Part shown: positions 24,982 through 37,500 of the stretch, piece by piece
Numbering within the stretch: position 1 is the stretch's first letter
Layout: each line of letters starts with the position of its first letter
Assembly: GCA_013239625.1 (NCBI GenBank)
Contig: MU056063.1
Location: 8,804,122 to 8,868,121, forward strand
Direction of reading: 5' to 3'
Length of the DNA: 64,000 bases
DNA from: Lama guanicoe
Lineage: Eukaryota
Translations under genes and position numbers: made by a program
The notes under the pieces: model-generated
Databases searched by the model: none
What the model was told of the DNA's origin: nothing
Seen by the model: only the letters and a program-made list of their open reading frames with translations

Positions 24982-26379
24982 TGACTCTGCAGCCACTTCC
25001 CTTGGCTGCTTCAACCAGAAACTGCATATGGAGGGCCTGGGGTCGTCGTGGTGGCATTTATCTTTTTGGCTAACAGCATTTTTCTGAGAACTGAACTGGG
25101 TGCCAGCTCTTGAATGTCAGGAGCACCCACGTAAAAAGCAGGCCCCCCAACTTCTTTGCAAAAGCAAGACAACCTGGCAGTGTTGGGCCCTTATGTCCCC
25201 AAGGAACGTGGGACTGGCCGGGGCTGAGTCGCAGCGTCTGCCTTAGCGAGGCCCAGCTCCCCGCAGTCCCACCTCAAGGCCCTGCTAGCCTCCAGTGCGC
25301 CCGGGACGGCCGCCTGTCTGAGCTGTGGCCGTAGGTGAGGCAGAGGGCCTGGTGAAGGTGGGGTTCGGTGGCCTCGGTCCTGCCTTACAGGGGAGCTGAG
25401 GGCAGGGCTGGTTTTGGGCCTCTGGGAAGGGAAGGGCCTCTGTTGTTTTGTCTGTGTGTTTTGGGCTCTCTCCTCTCCTTCTGGGTGACCCTTGAGGTGC
25501 TGCCTGGTTTTAGATGGCCGTCCCCATGGCCAGCACATGCTGGTCCAGAGAGTGACCACCCGGGCCAAGCTGGGTGGTAGGGTTTTAAAACTTCCAGCCC
25601 ACAACAGTGTCTTTGTCAGTGGCTGAAGCCACGGATAAGGTTCTTCTGAAGTTCGACTGTGTCTCCTGTCCTGTGGGCTGGGAAGGAGAGGCAGTGGGCA
25701 GAGAGGAAGGGGTAGGTCCCCACATAGAGCAAGGTGGAGACCACACCCCCTGGGGCCATCTGCAGTGACCTGGCCCCGATCTGACCGGGCCCTGTGGGGG
25801 GCCCCTGATGCACAAGATCTCTTCCACTCCTTTTAAAACCTCATTAGAGTTGGTTTCTGTTGCTCAAAACCAAAAGCACCCATGGTATGTCATCCAAGCA
25901 GCCCCTGGGAGTTGAGGAGTTTGCAGGCAGAACTCTCTCTACGAGCTGTCCCAGCTCCCTGTGTCCTGTGGCCAAACCACCTGCTTTTGGATCAAGCAAT
26001 CCAGGTCCTCTGGAATACTGCCCTTTGTTATTCCTGAGCGTGGGTCAAAGGGTAGAAGGAGGGTCATGTGGGGATGCCTTGTGCCTGTGGTGGTCCCTCC
26101 CGGGATGACTGCTCCCAGGTCCACTTCCCCAGGCAGCGCGGGGTGCCCTCCCATCACACCAGCAGTGCTGACGTGAACGACCACGCACCTTGCACACCAG
26201 GACAGAGTCCGAGGGCAGGTGGGGCAGGGCTCCTGCGGCCGTCAGAAGTCAGGAGCAAAGTTTTCTCAAACTGTCAGCCTTAGTTCTTGGACTGGGTGTC
26301 AGACTCAGGACAGCTGGAATTGAGGTGCTGAGATGTGCATTTAAATCACCTGTAGGCGATGATTTGGAGACTGTTTCTT

Positions 26380-26495
26380 AATTTCATAAATATTTGCTGA
26401 ACATCCACCGTGTGTTCCCCAGGCTTTGCCCGAGTTACTGGGGATGTTACAGTGTAGAAGTCCACGCCTCTCAGGAGCTTGTGTTGCAGTGGACT
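26380..26495 (-). mobile_element. L2 3' end remnant
   Basis: ataaatatttgctgaacatccaccgtgtg...ccaggctttgcccgagttactggggatgttacagtg...gcctctcaggagcttgtgttgcagtgg. Confidence 0.55.
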
Positions 26496-26569
26496 GTGAT
26501 CTTCCCCATGTGTTTGGTTCTGGAGACACAAAGACCAACAAAATCCAGCCTCAGTGATTTCATAGCTAT

Positions 26570-26690
26570 AACCCTCACCTTCCTCACATTTAAAATGAAA
26601 TTAAAATAATGATCTCACAGGGCTGTTCAGACGATTAAATAAAAAGATACAGATGGGCGTTCTCGGCACAGAAGCCTAAACAAAAATTAC
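26570..26690 (+). mobile_element. MIR SINE remnant at the upstream edge of the CpG island
   Basis: cctcaccttcctcacatttaaaatgaaattaaaataatgatctcacagggctgttcagacgattaaat. Confidence 0.65.
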
Positions 26691-28012
26691 CTTCTCCTTG
26701 AAAAGTAAAAAAGGCCCCACTTTACTTCACAAACAAGTTAGCCTGACCTGCCGGCGAGCCCTACTGAGCTTCTGTCTCAGCCTCGTCGGGGACCGTGCAG
26801 GGGCCGGTATCCGGCCGTAGACCAGATGGACCAGGCTGCGCAGGCCGCGGGCTGGGCGCTGAGCGGCCGCGAGGGGGCAGCGCTCGGCAGGGAATCTCCG
26901 CCACCGGCCGCGGCCCCCCTGTCCGTGCGCTCTTGCGTCGCTCTGACGCACCCGAAGGCGGGCGCTGGGAAGGAGACCGCAGCTCCCCTCGCCTGTGCCT
27001 CCCGAGGAGGGGTCGAGCGGGTCCTCCGGGGCGCCCTGCGCGAGCCTGGGGTCTGGCGGGCAGAGGCGCAGTCTCGGACCCTCGTCGCCGGGAGGACCCC
27101 AGCGCCTTCCCCTCCGCTTCGCGCGGCGCCCTGCGCCCACCCCGGCTCCAGGGCTGTCACTTCCGCGCGCCGCCGGGTAGCGGACCGGGCCGTCGTCGAG
27201 GATGCCCGGGTGTTGGCTGCGTCCCCAGGCTGCTGATCGGCTTTGCCCCGGGAGGCAGTCGGGATAGCGCCGCCCGAACTTTCCTTCGCGGCGGCGTCAG
27301 GCGGAAACACCCCGCTCCGAGGTTCACGGAGAGTGGAGGGAGGCTCGGGCGCCAGAGGGGACAGGCCTAGGCCTGCGCGGGAGAGCGCCGCGGAGTTCCT
27401 GGGGGCCCTGGAGGCTCCATAAGGGCAGGACTGGTGGCCGGCGTGCGCCCAGGAGGAGTCAGGCCCAGAGCGCGCTGCCCCTTCCCGGCGCCCCGCAGTG
27501 ACCGTGACCTCGGCGCGCTCCCCGCGCACGTGCTCGCGGCCGAGGACGAGGAGGGGTCCGGCTACACCCGCCGGGCAGCGACTCGCCCGCAAGCCCTGGG
27601 AGCACAGAGGCCGTGCGGGGGAGCGCGCACGCTGCGCCCCCGCCTCCCCGAAGATCGGACTGGCCGCTGCTGGAGCAGAGCCGCCGGGTGTCGTGCCCGC
27701 CCGGTGGCGCCGCTGGACCCCGTGCGGGGCGGACTCGCGGGAGGACAGGTGTAGCCTGCATACGCGGGCGGCGCGCGCGGAAGAACTGGGTGGGCTCGGC
27801 GGTCCGGAGGGGGCTTGCAGGGCTCGGAGCTCCGGTCCCTGCCACGCAGGAGGGTCGGCGCCACTTGGCGCGGCCAGCCTCAGGGAAGGAAGTCGCGGCG
27901 TATCTCGGTCCCCCAGCGGCCGTCCGGGCGCGACCCTGGCGCCCACTGCCCGCAGCGGCTCCCGCAGCGGCCCTGGGACCTAGAGGTGCGCGCGGCCGCC
28001 GGTGCCGCCCCC

Positions 28013-28546
28013 ATGCTACTCGGAGCGCCCAGGCTGTGCGCGTCCAGGGCGGCCGCCGCTGCGCAGAGCGAGGGCGACGGCGACAGGCTGGGCAGGGACA
28101 TGGACGAGTCGTCGCTGCTGGACCTGCTGGAGTGCTCCGTGTGTCTGGAGCGCCTGGACACTACCGCCAAGGTGCTGCCCTGCCAGCACACCTTCTGCCG
28201 CCGCTGCCTGGAGAGCATTGTGTGCTCGCGGCACGAGCTGCGCTGCCCGGAGTGCCGCATCCTGGTGGGCTGCGGCGTGGACGAGCTGCCCGCCAACATC
28301 CTGCTGGTGCGCCTGCTGGACGGCATCCGCCAGCGTCCCCGCCCCGGCGCCAGCCCGGGCGGCAGCCCGCCCGCGCGTCCTGGTCCCAGCCCGGGCCCGG
28401 GCCTCGGCTCCAGCCCGGAGGCGGCCTCGGCGCACGGGGATTGCGGGGGCAGCGCCCCTGGCTCTCCGGTCCTCCTCTCCGCGGCGACCAGCGCCACCGC
28501 CAGCCTGCGCGAGCTGGCGACTGGCAGGAGCGCGCCCCTGGCGAAG
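28013..28546 (+). CDS. SH3RF3: Coding exon 1 (178 codons, phase-0 end) of SH3 domain-containing RING finger protein 3 (POSH2); gene continues beyond the window
   Basis: Translation [110 protein letters not shown]...[15 protein letters not shown] matches the SH3RF3 N-terminus as I recall it (MLLGA leader and CSVC/TTAK/IVCSRHE variants distinguish it from SH3RF1). Ends at a canonical AAG|GTGAGT donor, GC3-rich codons, lies in a CpG island. Confidence 0.95.
28133..28255 (+). other. SH3RF3: C3HC4 (RING-HC) zinc finger coding segment within SH3RF3 exon 1
   Basis: C-x2-C-x12-C-x-H-x2-C-x2-C-x12-C-x2-C spacing read directly from the translation (codons 41-81). Confidence 0.95.
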
Positions 28547-28552
28547 GTGAGT
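28544..28552 (+). other. SH3RF3: 5' splice donor of SH3RF3 intron 1
   Basis: AAG|GTGAGT, near-consensus; GT at 28547-28548; CpG density and coding-like composition drop right after it. Confidence 0.9.
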
Positions 28553-31500
28553 ATGAGCTTCACTGAGAGGGGTGGGCAGTGAGGAAGGACAGGGGACCAG
28601 AAGTGCTCCACGGTGGCCTGTGCCTTGCTCTTCTTTTCGACTTGCTTTTCTCCAGGGCCTTGAGAGCGCAACCCTTCAAGCCCCACTTAACAATTCTAGG
28701 ACGCTGCGTGCTCCCATCCTGCCCCCTCCCCTTTGCACTTCTAGTTGGCACCTGCTGCCCACCCGTCCTCTCCCTCTTGGAATCCCTTTCCCTCCACCTG
28801 CACCTGCTTGATGGTGGCCTGTAGTCCCAGAGAACCTTGCCATCTGTGTGTGTGGCTGCACCACATCCTCCCTCTGCCTCCCATCGCCCTCCTCCAGCCC
28901 CTCTCCGGGCTGGGCCTCTTTCTCCACCTTTTAACTTTGCTGGGCTTCCATCTCCCTGGGTGCAGCCTTCTTCTTCTGGACCCCTCCGGTGAACCCTCTG
29001 CACAAACCTTGCCCACTGGGACTGAAGTCAGTGCTCTCCCGGGTCTGGCCTTTGGGAAGAGCATGGGCCTCCTGCCTGGTGTCTGGGAAGGGAGATCAGG
29101 CAGGGAGGCAAGTGAGTGACTGGGGCTGCGGGAGGAAGGAGTTCACCTGGAGACCGGGAGTGTTTGGCTCAGCCCCTCTTGGACTTGGCCTGTCGGTCAG
29201 CCCTGCTCCTCCCTGGTCCTCCCCGGGCTCGCAGGCCCACTGCCTTCCCTCGCGGTTTTTATTTGAGGGTTTTTATTGGTGTAGCCACATTGTACAGAGT
29301 AGACGGCTTCTGTTTCAGTCAAAGACCTTGTCTTGAGGGTTCTGGCGATTTGGTTTCAAAAGCTGGTTAGTGTGTCATTTCACACCCTCTGCCACCTCAG
29401 GAGCTGTTGCTGGGGGAGGCAGGCCCACGGGGTGCTGGTGTAAGTGAGGTGAGAGGTGCTACTCATGTTTTGTGTTTTCTTTAAATGCAGAAAAGCTCAT
29501 TTAAAGGGTTGCTGATTTATTGTAAAGTGCCATTCATTTTAGAAAGACAACCAGATTCCTCTCCTTTTGGCCTTTTAAAGCTTTCACGGTGCATTAACTG
29601 TTCAAATAATCCTTCCCCTATGGGTGGTGCCGAGATGAGGGACAGTTCTTCATCCGAATTGCTCAGCACTGCAGTGCCTCTGAGGTTAGAACTGAAGTCC
29701 TTGGGTGCTGTGTCAGAGGTAAAAGTCAGACTTTGCCAAACTGGGTTTTTCCTGTGGGCTGGGGAGACTAGACCGTCAAGAATAGTCAAGGAATATTTCT
29801 ACTTGGGATCCCTGCTCAAGGGGAATTGTGTTCATTTGGTTTTCATTGTGATTCAGTCCAGTTACAAGTGTTCCTGTCACACATTTTCAAGTGTTTCTTT
29901 CCTCCCTTGCGTTATTATTTGAGGCGTTATAATTAAAGGTCTTTATTTGTAAAATAAGAAGGTTACCTCTTCCTGCTCGGAGAGCTGGATGGCCTTTGGC
30001 ATGACGCTTCCAGGGAGGATGTTTGGTGAGTCAAATTGATCAGGAGGGTGGGAGGTAGCATCTGGCAGCTCCCAGAATCTGTGACCTTTGTAGCGTTTAA
30101 AGAAATTTGGGAAGGGGTTGAATGTACAACTTTTAGTAATGATGCTTAGTAACAGGGAATTAGCTTTTGGTCGCCTGGATTTTGGCGTGATTGGTTGATG
30201 TTCTCTCTGGACACGGGTAGTGATCAGACTGTGCCCAGGGCTGTCTGAGCTTAGGTGACACTGGAGCACATTTCTTTTTTCCTGTTTGTTATCCTCTAAG
30301 TGTGACCCTTAATCTTCTTCACAGCATCCCCTGCCCCTCACTGGGACTAAGCTGGGGTCCTAGAAATTAAATCCAATGTTATGTTTGATCATTTTCAGAG
30401 AAGAAAGAAAAAGGAGTGGAAGCGAGGACTGTAGCGTCACCTAGCCTTTCCGCTCTTTGATTTCTAGTAGTTGGTGGGAGTCTTCCGGGACAACCAGACA
30501 TCCTCACAGAGGGCTGCCCCGTCAGCAGCCCTGGGAGTGTGGTAGGCAACGCCATCAGCTGAACATCACCTCCAAATTGGCTCTGGTCCTTGACCGCCCA
30601 GAGGAGTAACTGGGATTCACAGCAAGGACGGAGGCTGGATCTTGTTGCGTATTGTTTAATAGCCGGGCACTCGTTCTCAGTGAGGACCACATATGCCTTA
30701 GGAGTCGGTGACTGTAAACAGAAGACAGCCCCTGTTTCCCAGTAGGAAGCATCTCCAACCTTCCTTTGGACCTGTTGGGGCGTGTGGACTTTTCAGGTGG
30801 GTGATAAACATGTATCTGCTTGGATGGTTTGTTAGTTTAGTTACAGTAGCTGTTAGGGACACGTCTGCACAGAACGTATTCACTCCTGTTTGGTTCATGA
30901 AACACTTTTCCATACGCTTCACCTGTACCTTTTCCCCAAGTTTCATGGACCCTCCCACCTGCTTGGCAGAGCTGTGCTCTGAGCTGTACCGTTTGAGACA
31001 AGGCCTTTAGATTAGTTAATTATGCTGCCCTGGGACTTGTACGAACTCACAGTGCCCACGGCCCAAGGCTGTTAGGCCACTGGCCAGCACTGTGCTGCTG
31101 CTTAAAGCCTCCCAGAAGGCCTGTCTCACCCGCGACCATTGCAGTGGCTGAGTTTATCAGCCTCGCTTTTTTTGTTTTGCTTTACAATTTTGCAGGTGAC
31201 CCTTTGAACACCCTAACTAGCCTCAAAGGAAGTCTTCAGGCCAGCTTGTCTTTCTAAGAGGGTCTGTGGTTCCCAGCTGAGTAATTTGAACGGTGCTTTC
31301 AGTGTGTCTGCATAGGGCTCTAATATCAGACAGTGCCAATTTGGGGAAGTGACTGTTTTGGGGAAATCCCTTGTCTTCTACCTGGGCATACACAGAACTT
31401 GCCGCATCCTACACGGCCGGACACCACCCTGGGTGAGCCAGACGGTGTGCCCCTGCTGGAGCTGGCGTTCAGGGTCGAAACCCTCTGCGGAGGAGGCTCC

Positions 31501-34500
31501 AGGCAGCACGAGGCTGGTGCCAGTCAGAGCCCTGGGAAGGTTAAAGGAAGGACGTCATCACAATTAAAGAACTGTAGAAAGCTCAGGAGGTACTTTTGCT
31601 GGTGTAAAACATAGGCACTAGAGCCTGATTAGTTCGTTGCAGGTACTTGGGGATGTATTTCAGTTGGAAACCTCTGTGTATCTTCAGCCAGTGTGCTGGG
31701 ACCCAGTAATGGGAACAGTCAAATTATGTGGAGAATCACACAGACATCTATTACGTATTTTATCTCATAAACACACACACATGCATTTACCATTTTTTGA
31801 TGCAAGACTTTTCTTTGAGTTCCAAGTTGTCCTTCTAGTTTAAACCACAGTCAAAATTTATGATCTTCTATTTATTTCTTTCAAATGGACTGAGAATGAA
31901 CAGGCTCTTCAAAGAATTCTGAGTGGAGGGAGATTTTAAATAATTCCCCCTCGATATTTCCTGTTTTTGCTCTTGCCAATTTAACAGTTTGAAAAGAGGT
32001 CTCTTTGCTGAGTCGTTCCTAAGTGGGCACCATGGTTTTCCAAAGAGTGAGGCTTTTTTGCACTCAGACTTCTTTGCTCTACATAATATTTAATTAAAGT
32101 TTATATTTGTATATAAGTGTATAAAGTACACGTGCAGAAACGTGCTTGGGAATCCACACAGTGGATTCCTGGTGAACGTGGGCCTCCCCTGGAGGGACAG
32201 GTCTGTGGGGATGGACACCCAGGCCGTCCTGGGGAGGCAGTGGGGCGGTGGCTGGCCCAGCTGCTCCGTGAGTCTGGAGGGCATCACCGTGTTCTGTCAT
32301 CCACAGCTGGGCAGCTTGTGTAGAGATTCTCTGATTGACGGTGGCCAGGTGCTGCCACCGTCCTGAGAAGTGGTGGCCTCATGACTGCTCTGAGACCCAG
32401 AGAGACTGCTGTTTGGGCAAAGTCAGGGAGCCGGCGAGGCTCAGGCCCGGCCCCCCGTGTCCAGCTCTGCTGCGTCGGCAGGGCTGCTCCTGTGGTTTGG
32501 CCTTGGGTGTAACGGGGGCTCCAGAGAAAAGCTCCGGCCGCTCCTGGACAGGGGCGCAGGTGGCTGTGGTCCGAACGCAAGGGCAGGTGCCTGCCCTTGT
32601 GATGGCAAAGTCGTCTGGGACGTGTCTGCAGAGGGCCCTGGGTGTGGCGCCGATCGCGCCCGCGGGTGTGGGGCCAGGTGGGCCGTGCGGGTGCCCGTTC
32701 TTCCTGACGAGCAGCTGGTCACGTGGATGCGGAGCCAAGGCTCTGAGACCCCTCGCTCAGGGGCCCCGGGCTTGGGGTAGACTCTGGACCCACTAGCTCC
32801 TGGCTGCCTGCTCAGAAGCCTCTCACGGCCACCACCAGTCAGTCAGCGCCCTGGCCGAGTCGTGGTGACTGGATTCTTGAGTGTTGACGTCTAACCCGAG
32901 GGCCTCAGTCTGTTTGTTTCACCTTTAACTTGCTTCCAAGTTCTATCTTTGTTGTTGGAGGCAGTGTTCTCGAGCCTTACAAGCGCCACTGGAGTGAAGG
33001 CAAGGCATCCGGGAGGAGTCCTGGTCTGCACCGCCTCACTGGCTGGGGCTCTGCTGAGGGGGACACCCTGCCTCGTCTGCAGGGCGGGCTGGCTTGTCCA
33101 CGCCGCCCTCGCCTGCAGGACGGTCGCACATCCGCCGCCCCTCTGTTCCGCGTGTGCCAGTCGGTGGTGCTGGAGGGGGCTGTCAGTAGCACTGGGTTGT
33201 TTCTGATGTGCATTTCGGTTCAGTCTGCTTTGCATCTCTGTTTTGAGTTAACACGCTCTTTTCCGAGGTATGTTTTTGAAGTAAAACCTCAGCAAGGACT
33301 CCATTGCAGGGAAATGCTCTTGGTGACACTTTGAGAGGCCAAGGTCACTTTTCATCAGATTTGCCTTGCTGGGAAGATCTTGAGATCTGATGGATTAGAA
33401 ACACGTGTGTGATGTGTGTCCTGTTGGAAATCTAACCAGCCTTAAAAGACGAGGGTATCGAACAGAGGATCAGCAGTGGTGAACAGTTTAAAACCCGTGA
33501 CGTGGCCCCTCCTCCCTCCGAGCGAAATTGGAATAAAGCAGCGAATGAGGTGGCAGCCGTTTGAATTGTACTCAGCGGTTGCGGCTTCTTTGAGCTGGAC
33601 TCCGGCCTTGGTGGCTCATGGACATTGAGAGATGCTGCCGTGTGTTTAGGTGTGACTGATCATGGTCATCACCTGCAAAGTAAGATATGATGAGCCTTGC
33701 ATCGCTGCTTGATGGGATGTGTGTGCTGCTCATGTGAATTTATGTGCATTTAAGTGAATTAGAATTCGCTGCAGGGCTTTAGGTCCACAGGACAGTGAGA
33801 GGCATTTAAAAACACCCTGGCACCAGGAGCAGGTGTGGATTGTTGTGGAGCGCCGAGTGGGGCGGGGGTGTTGGGAACACTGGGTGGCAGTGGGGTCATC
33901 ATGCAGCAGCTCACTGAGTGCGTATATGAGTACCTCCTGTGTGCCAGGCCCTGCAGCCGGCACCAAGGTATTGGGACAAGAAGTATTTAGGTCTCTGGAA
34001 GGTGGCACAGGACTTACTCGCCACCTTGCCAGCCAGTGGAGCACCAGGCTCGTTTTCAAAGCAGCTGCTGTGCTTTCCTTCCTTCTTCACGACATTGAGG
34101 CACCTCCACCTTATCCCTACGTGTGTTCTAGAAACTCCTCTATAGGAAATAAATCTCCACTGTTCGTGGATAAACCACTGGACTCCTTAACACTTCGCAA
34201 TCACACTCCCAATTCTCCGTAACTTAAAAATTGCACCCATTTCCTTTCCCAAGCAAATCTGAAGGTAATGAAAGCCAGTGTATTTGTGCGGTGTTGGGAA
34301 CCGTGCAGGCAGGTGGCCTGTGCCAAACTAACATCACCTTGAGGTATGTAGCCTGGGAGCTCACCTTCGTCTGCCGTGGGTTTGCTCTGTCACCAGCAGT
34401 GATTGGACAGGTGCGGGATGACAGGTCGGTGCCCTTGCGGGTTCTGTGGCTGCGTTTGTACTGAAGGGTTCTTCTGGATTTGGGGACTGTCTGGTGTCGC

Positions 34501-37500
34501 TGTTGGGCGAGCCAGGCGCTGGTGGGGGGCTCCTGGACCGCAGGTGTTTCCCCTTGGAAACTTGTTTTATCCTGGAGTTAAGTTGTTGCCTCGACATCTC
34601 AAATGAGGGACGGGTCTTGGGTTCTGATGGAGCTAGAGCCCTGTCCTGGGACCTCACAGCCAGGAAACGCCAGGTGGCTCTTCAGGTCGTGGTGTGTCCT
34701 TCCATGAGGACGGTGTGTCCCTTCCTGGGTGTGGGACGCCTGGGGCTGTGGGCGAGGCCCCGCCATCCGCTCTTGGTGTGATCCATCGTCTGTGGAGGCT
34801 GCGTCTCAAACACAGCTGCTGTGAGGACGAGACAGTGACCGTCCACGCAGATGGTGCCCACATCTCAGAGGGGCCACCCAGGCGCCTTCCCAGAAGAGCT
34901 GGCCAGTTTTCCCTGCGACAAAGCGTGGTTCCTGAAGACAGCCTTCGTGCAGTGGGTCCGCGGTGGCCCCAGGTCAGCAGGCCCAGTCCCTTCCCAGGGG
35001 AGGAGCTGCCTCGGGCCGAGGTTCGGTTTCTGAAGGTTGGCTTTTGACCAGCCCTCTTGGGAAGCGATGGGGGTTGCTGCCGAGGGAAGGAAGCACCGAG
35101 GGTTTGTCCTGATGAGGGGAAGGGGCTGTCGGCAGAGGACACTCTGTCTAAACTTCAGGGGAATTCTGTCAGGTTGAGGCATTTCCAAGGGTGTCAATTT
35201 CCAAGGTGACAATTGCTGTGTTGACAGGCATGGGCAGGCGTGGCCTCCTGCTGGTGGAGTGTGACCTGGCGCAGAGACAAGTCCTCAGGGTGCTGGTGTT
35301 CCTGGTGGGGTTGCCATGGTGGCTGCGGTGTCCCCAGCAGCACCTGGTGGGGGATAAGCTTTATGTTAATGTCTGTTTATCTTAATGATCTATTTATGCC
35401 AAGTGGTCTATTAAAATAATATTATGGCAGTTACATGAGGTTTGATCTGGAGCAAAGTTAAATAAACAGTAAGTCGATTTAAAGAAACTTACTGAGTAAA
35501 TGCTGTGAGGATGGGGCGTGGATGACGAGTTTGGGTAAAAACCGCCTGGAGTCCTGGAACAGGCAGACTTCATCTCCCCTAGCCTCTCGGCTTTGACCTT
35601 GTACCCTGATCCCTCGGGGCCTGGGCTGCCCTCGGGCTGAGTGAGGATCTGTGAGCTGGGAGGGTGGACGGGGGTTGGAGGGGGTGAACATGAGAAGCAG
35701 GGCGGCCTTTTGTGCTCAGAAGCCAGTTTTTGGAAATACTGCTTTTTGGTTTTTCAACCCAAATAGCAAGTGTGGAAACAGCCTTTGGGATTTGTTTGAG
35801 GCCAGAAATAAAAATGGGCAAGAAATTTCAAGAGTGACAAGTGTCTCTGGAGCCCTGCCTCCTGCGGCTGGTGCCCTCCTGGTTTGGGGCTGTCCTCGTA
35901 CCCTGGACCTGGTCAAGTGCAGCCACAGCAGAAGCGGGCGTGAGGGTCAGGGGCACCGAGCGAAAGACACGGTCGAGCAGGTTCTCTGCTCCCCTTCGTC
36001 CCTGGAGTGAGGGCCGGAGGGGAAAGGGGAGGCGGGCCCTGGGCTGGTCCTGTGCTCACAGCAGGGCAGTGGGCCCCACGCTCTGGTTCCCTAGAGGCTC
36101 CAGGCAGGCTCCCGTCCTGGCAGGGCTGTCTGATGAGGGAGATGACGAGCCTGAGATGGTGTTGCCACCCTGGGGCTGGGGGTCAGCTTTGATGTTCCCT
36201 CATCAGCCGTGTCTGGGTCATCACGGTCTAGCACGACTCTCTCCAGGGGACAGTTAACTCTATGACTTTCTGCTCTCGAGTCAGGACCTGAGTCAGCCAG
36301 GTCCGCGCCACACTCCCTGCCAGGATGGTGCTGCTCTGGCCTGTCCGCTGGGCCCCTCGCCAGGCGACTGTCCTGAGATTATGCTTGGGTCACAGGTCCC
36401 TCCTCTTCCCTCAGGCAGGTTCTCGGCCCCTCGTCCTGCACACTGGCCCTTGCTGCATGGCCAGTAACCGCCCTGCCCTTCATCCCCAATCATCACCTGC
36501 CCTTTGCTTACGTGAGACCCCACCTTCGCCGCCAGTCTGTCTGAGCCTCCCTCCTGTGTCCTTGGGATGCTACAGAGCAGAGGCAGGCGTGGTGACCACC
36601 AAGCCTTGCTTCTTACACACCTGTGCCCCCACTGCCCTGCACTCACCCTCTGTCCCCCGTTTACCTCCCAGCACTGACCCGGTGTCGCTGACGTGACTGC
36701 CCTGTGCACCCGAGCCATACTATCCCCCATTCTCACAGGATGTCTGTGCTTCTCCGGAGCCTAGTCCCTGATTGCCTTTGGGGTCTGGGGTCTCCTCCCC
36801 TGTGCAGGTTGCAAGTTCATCAGGGTCAGGTCCATGCTGTCCCAGCATCTGTGCACGGGAGCAGGACTCCACAGCTGACCTGGTGATGGTCACGCCTGCG
36901 CCTGGAGGGCTGCATGGGCCTTGCCGTGTGCCCTGGCCAGTGCTGGGCACGGTGTGCCATCTGTGCTGCAGCATCCCCGCCTGCAAGGTGGCAGCTGAGC
37001 AGAGCACAGGCACCTCTGGGCTGTGGGCTGATGAGCCCCTGACGGAGGAGCTGGCTGTGCGGTAAGCGCGGGGGCCATGGGCTGGGGGCTGGCGTGACTC
37101 CTGAGCCTTGGGTTTTCATAATAATGAGCGTTGGAGTGTGTGACCCCCGACAGTTGGGCTGGGACCCCAGGAGGGACCTGGGGACAGGGTTGAGGCCCCC
37201 CAGAGCCTGCATCTGGAGAGCCTTTTTCACCCTTTCCTCTCCCCTTCGAGATGTCCCTTTCCTCTGGTTTCCACATCACCCACTGGAGCCAGACACTCAG
37301 GGTGCTCGGGGTATATAACAACCCCCCTCAGCCCACTCGGTTCTCAGCATCCCCAGCACAGGGGGAGGGGGGACTGAAAGAGGCTCCTTGCGACCCCACA
37401 GCCACCCTCAGTGGGGCTGCCGCTGTGTCTGCAGCCCCTCCGCCCTGACACCCTCCCCACTGTGTCTCCTGGCCCCTGTGCTGCAGGGTTCCCGTTCTAG

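Larger units (their letters stand above)
26750..28550. promoter_or_regulatory. CpG island / TATA-less promoter and 5' UTR of SH3RF3
   Basis: Very high GC and CpG density; ETS-type cores (CACTTCCG ~27158, GCGGAAG ~27777) and GCGCGC runs; no + strand ATG between 27205 and 28012. Exact TSS not determinable. Confidence 0.9.

Noticed and set aside
1-26700. Exons of a neighbouring gene such as EDAR
   Set aside because: No TNFR-like or other recognisable peptide in any frame; the neighbour relationship is recalled synteny only.
26777-27946. 389-aa - strand ORF and other long overlapping ORFs in the CpG island (27613-28566 +, 27880-28686 -)
   Set aside because: Ala/Arg/Pro/Gly-rich low-complexity translations without domains; expected from stop-codon scarcity at very high GC and from shadowing the real exon.
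27815-28012. 66-codon N-terminal extension from TTG given by the ORF track
   Set aside because: Non-ATG start called by the ORF finder; no resemblance to known SH3RF3 and no strong-context near-cognate codon. The in-frame TAG at 27752 simply bounds an open GC-rich UTR.
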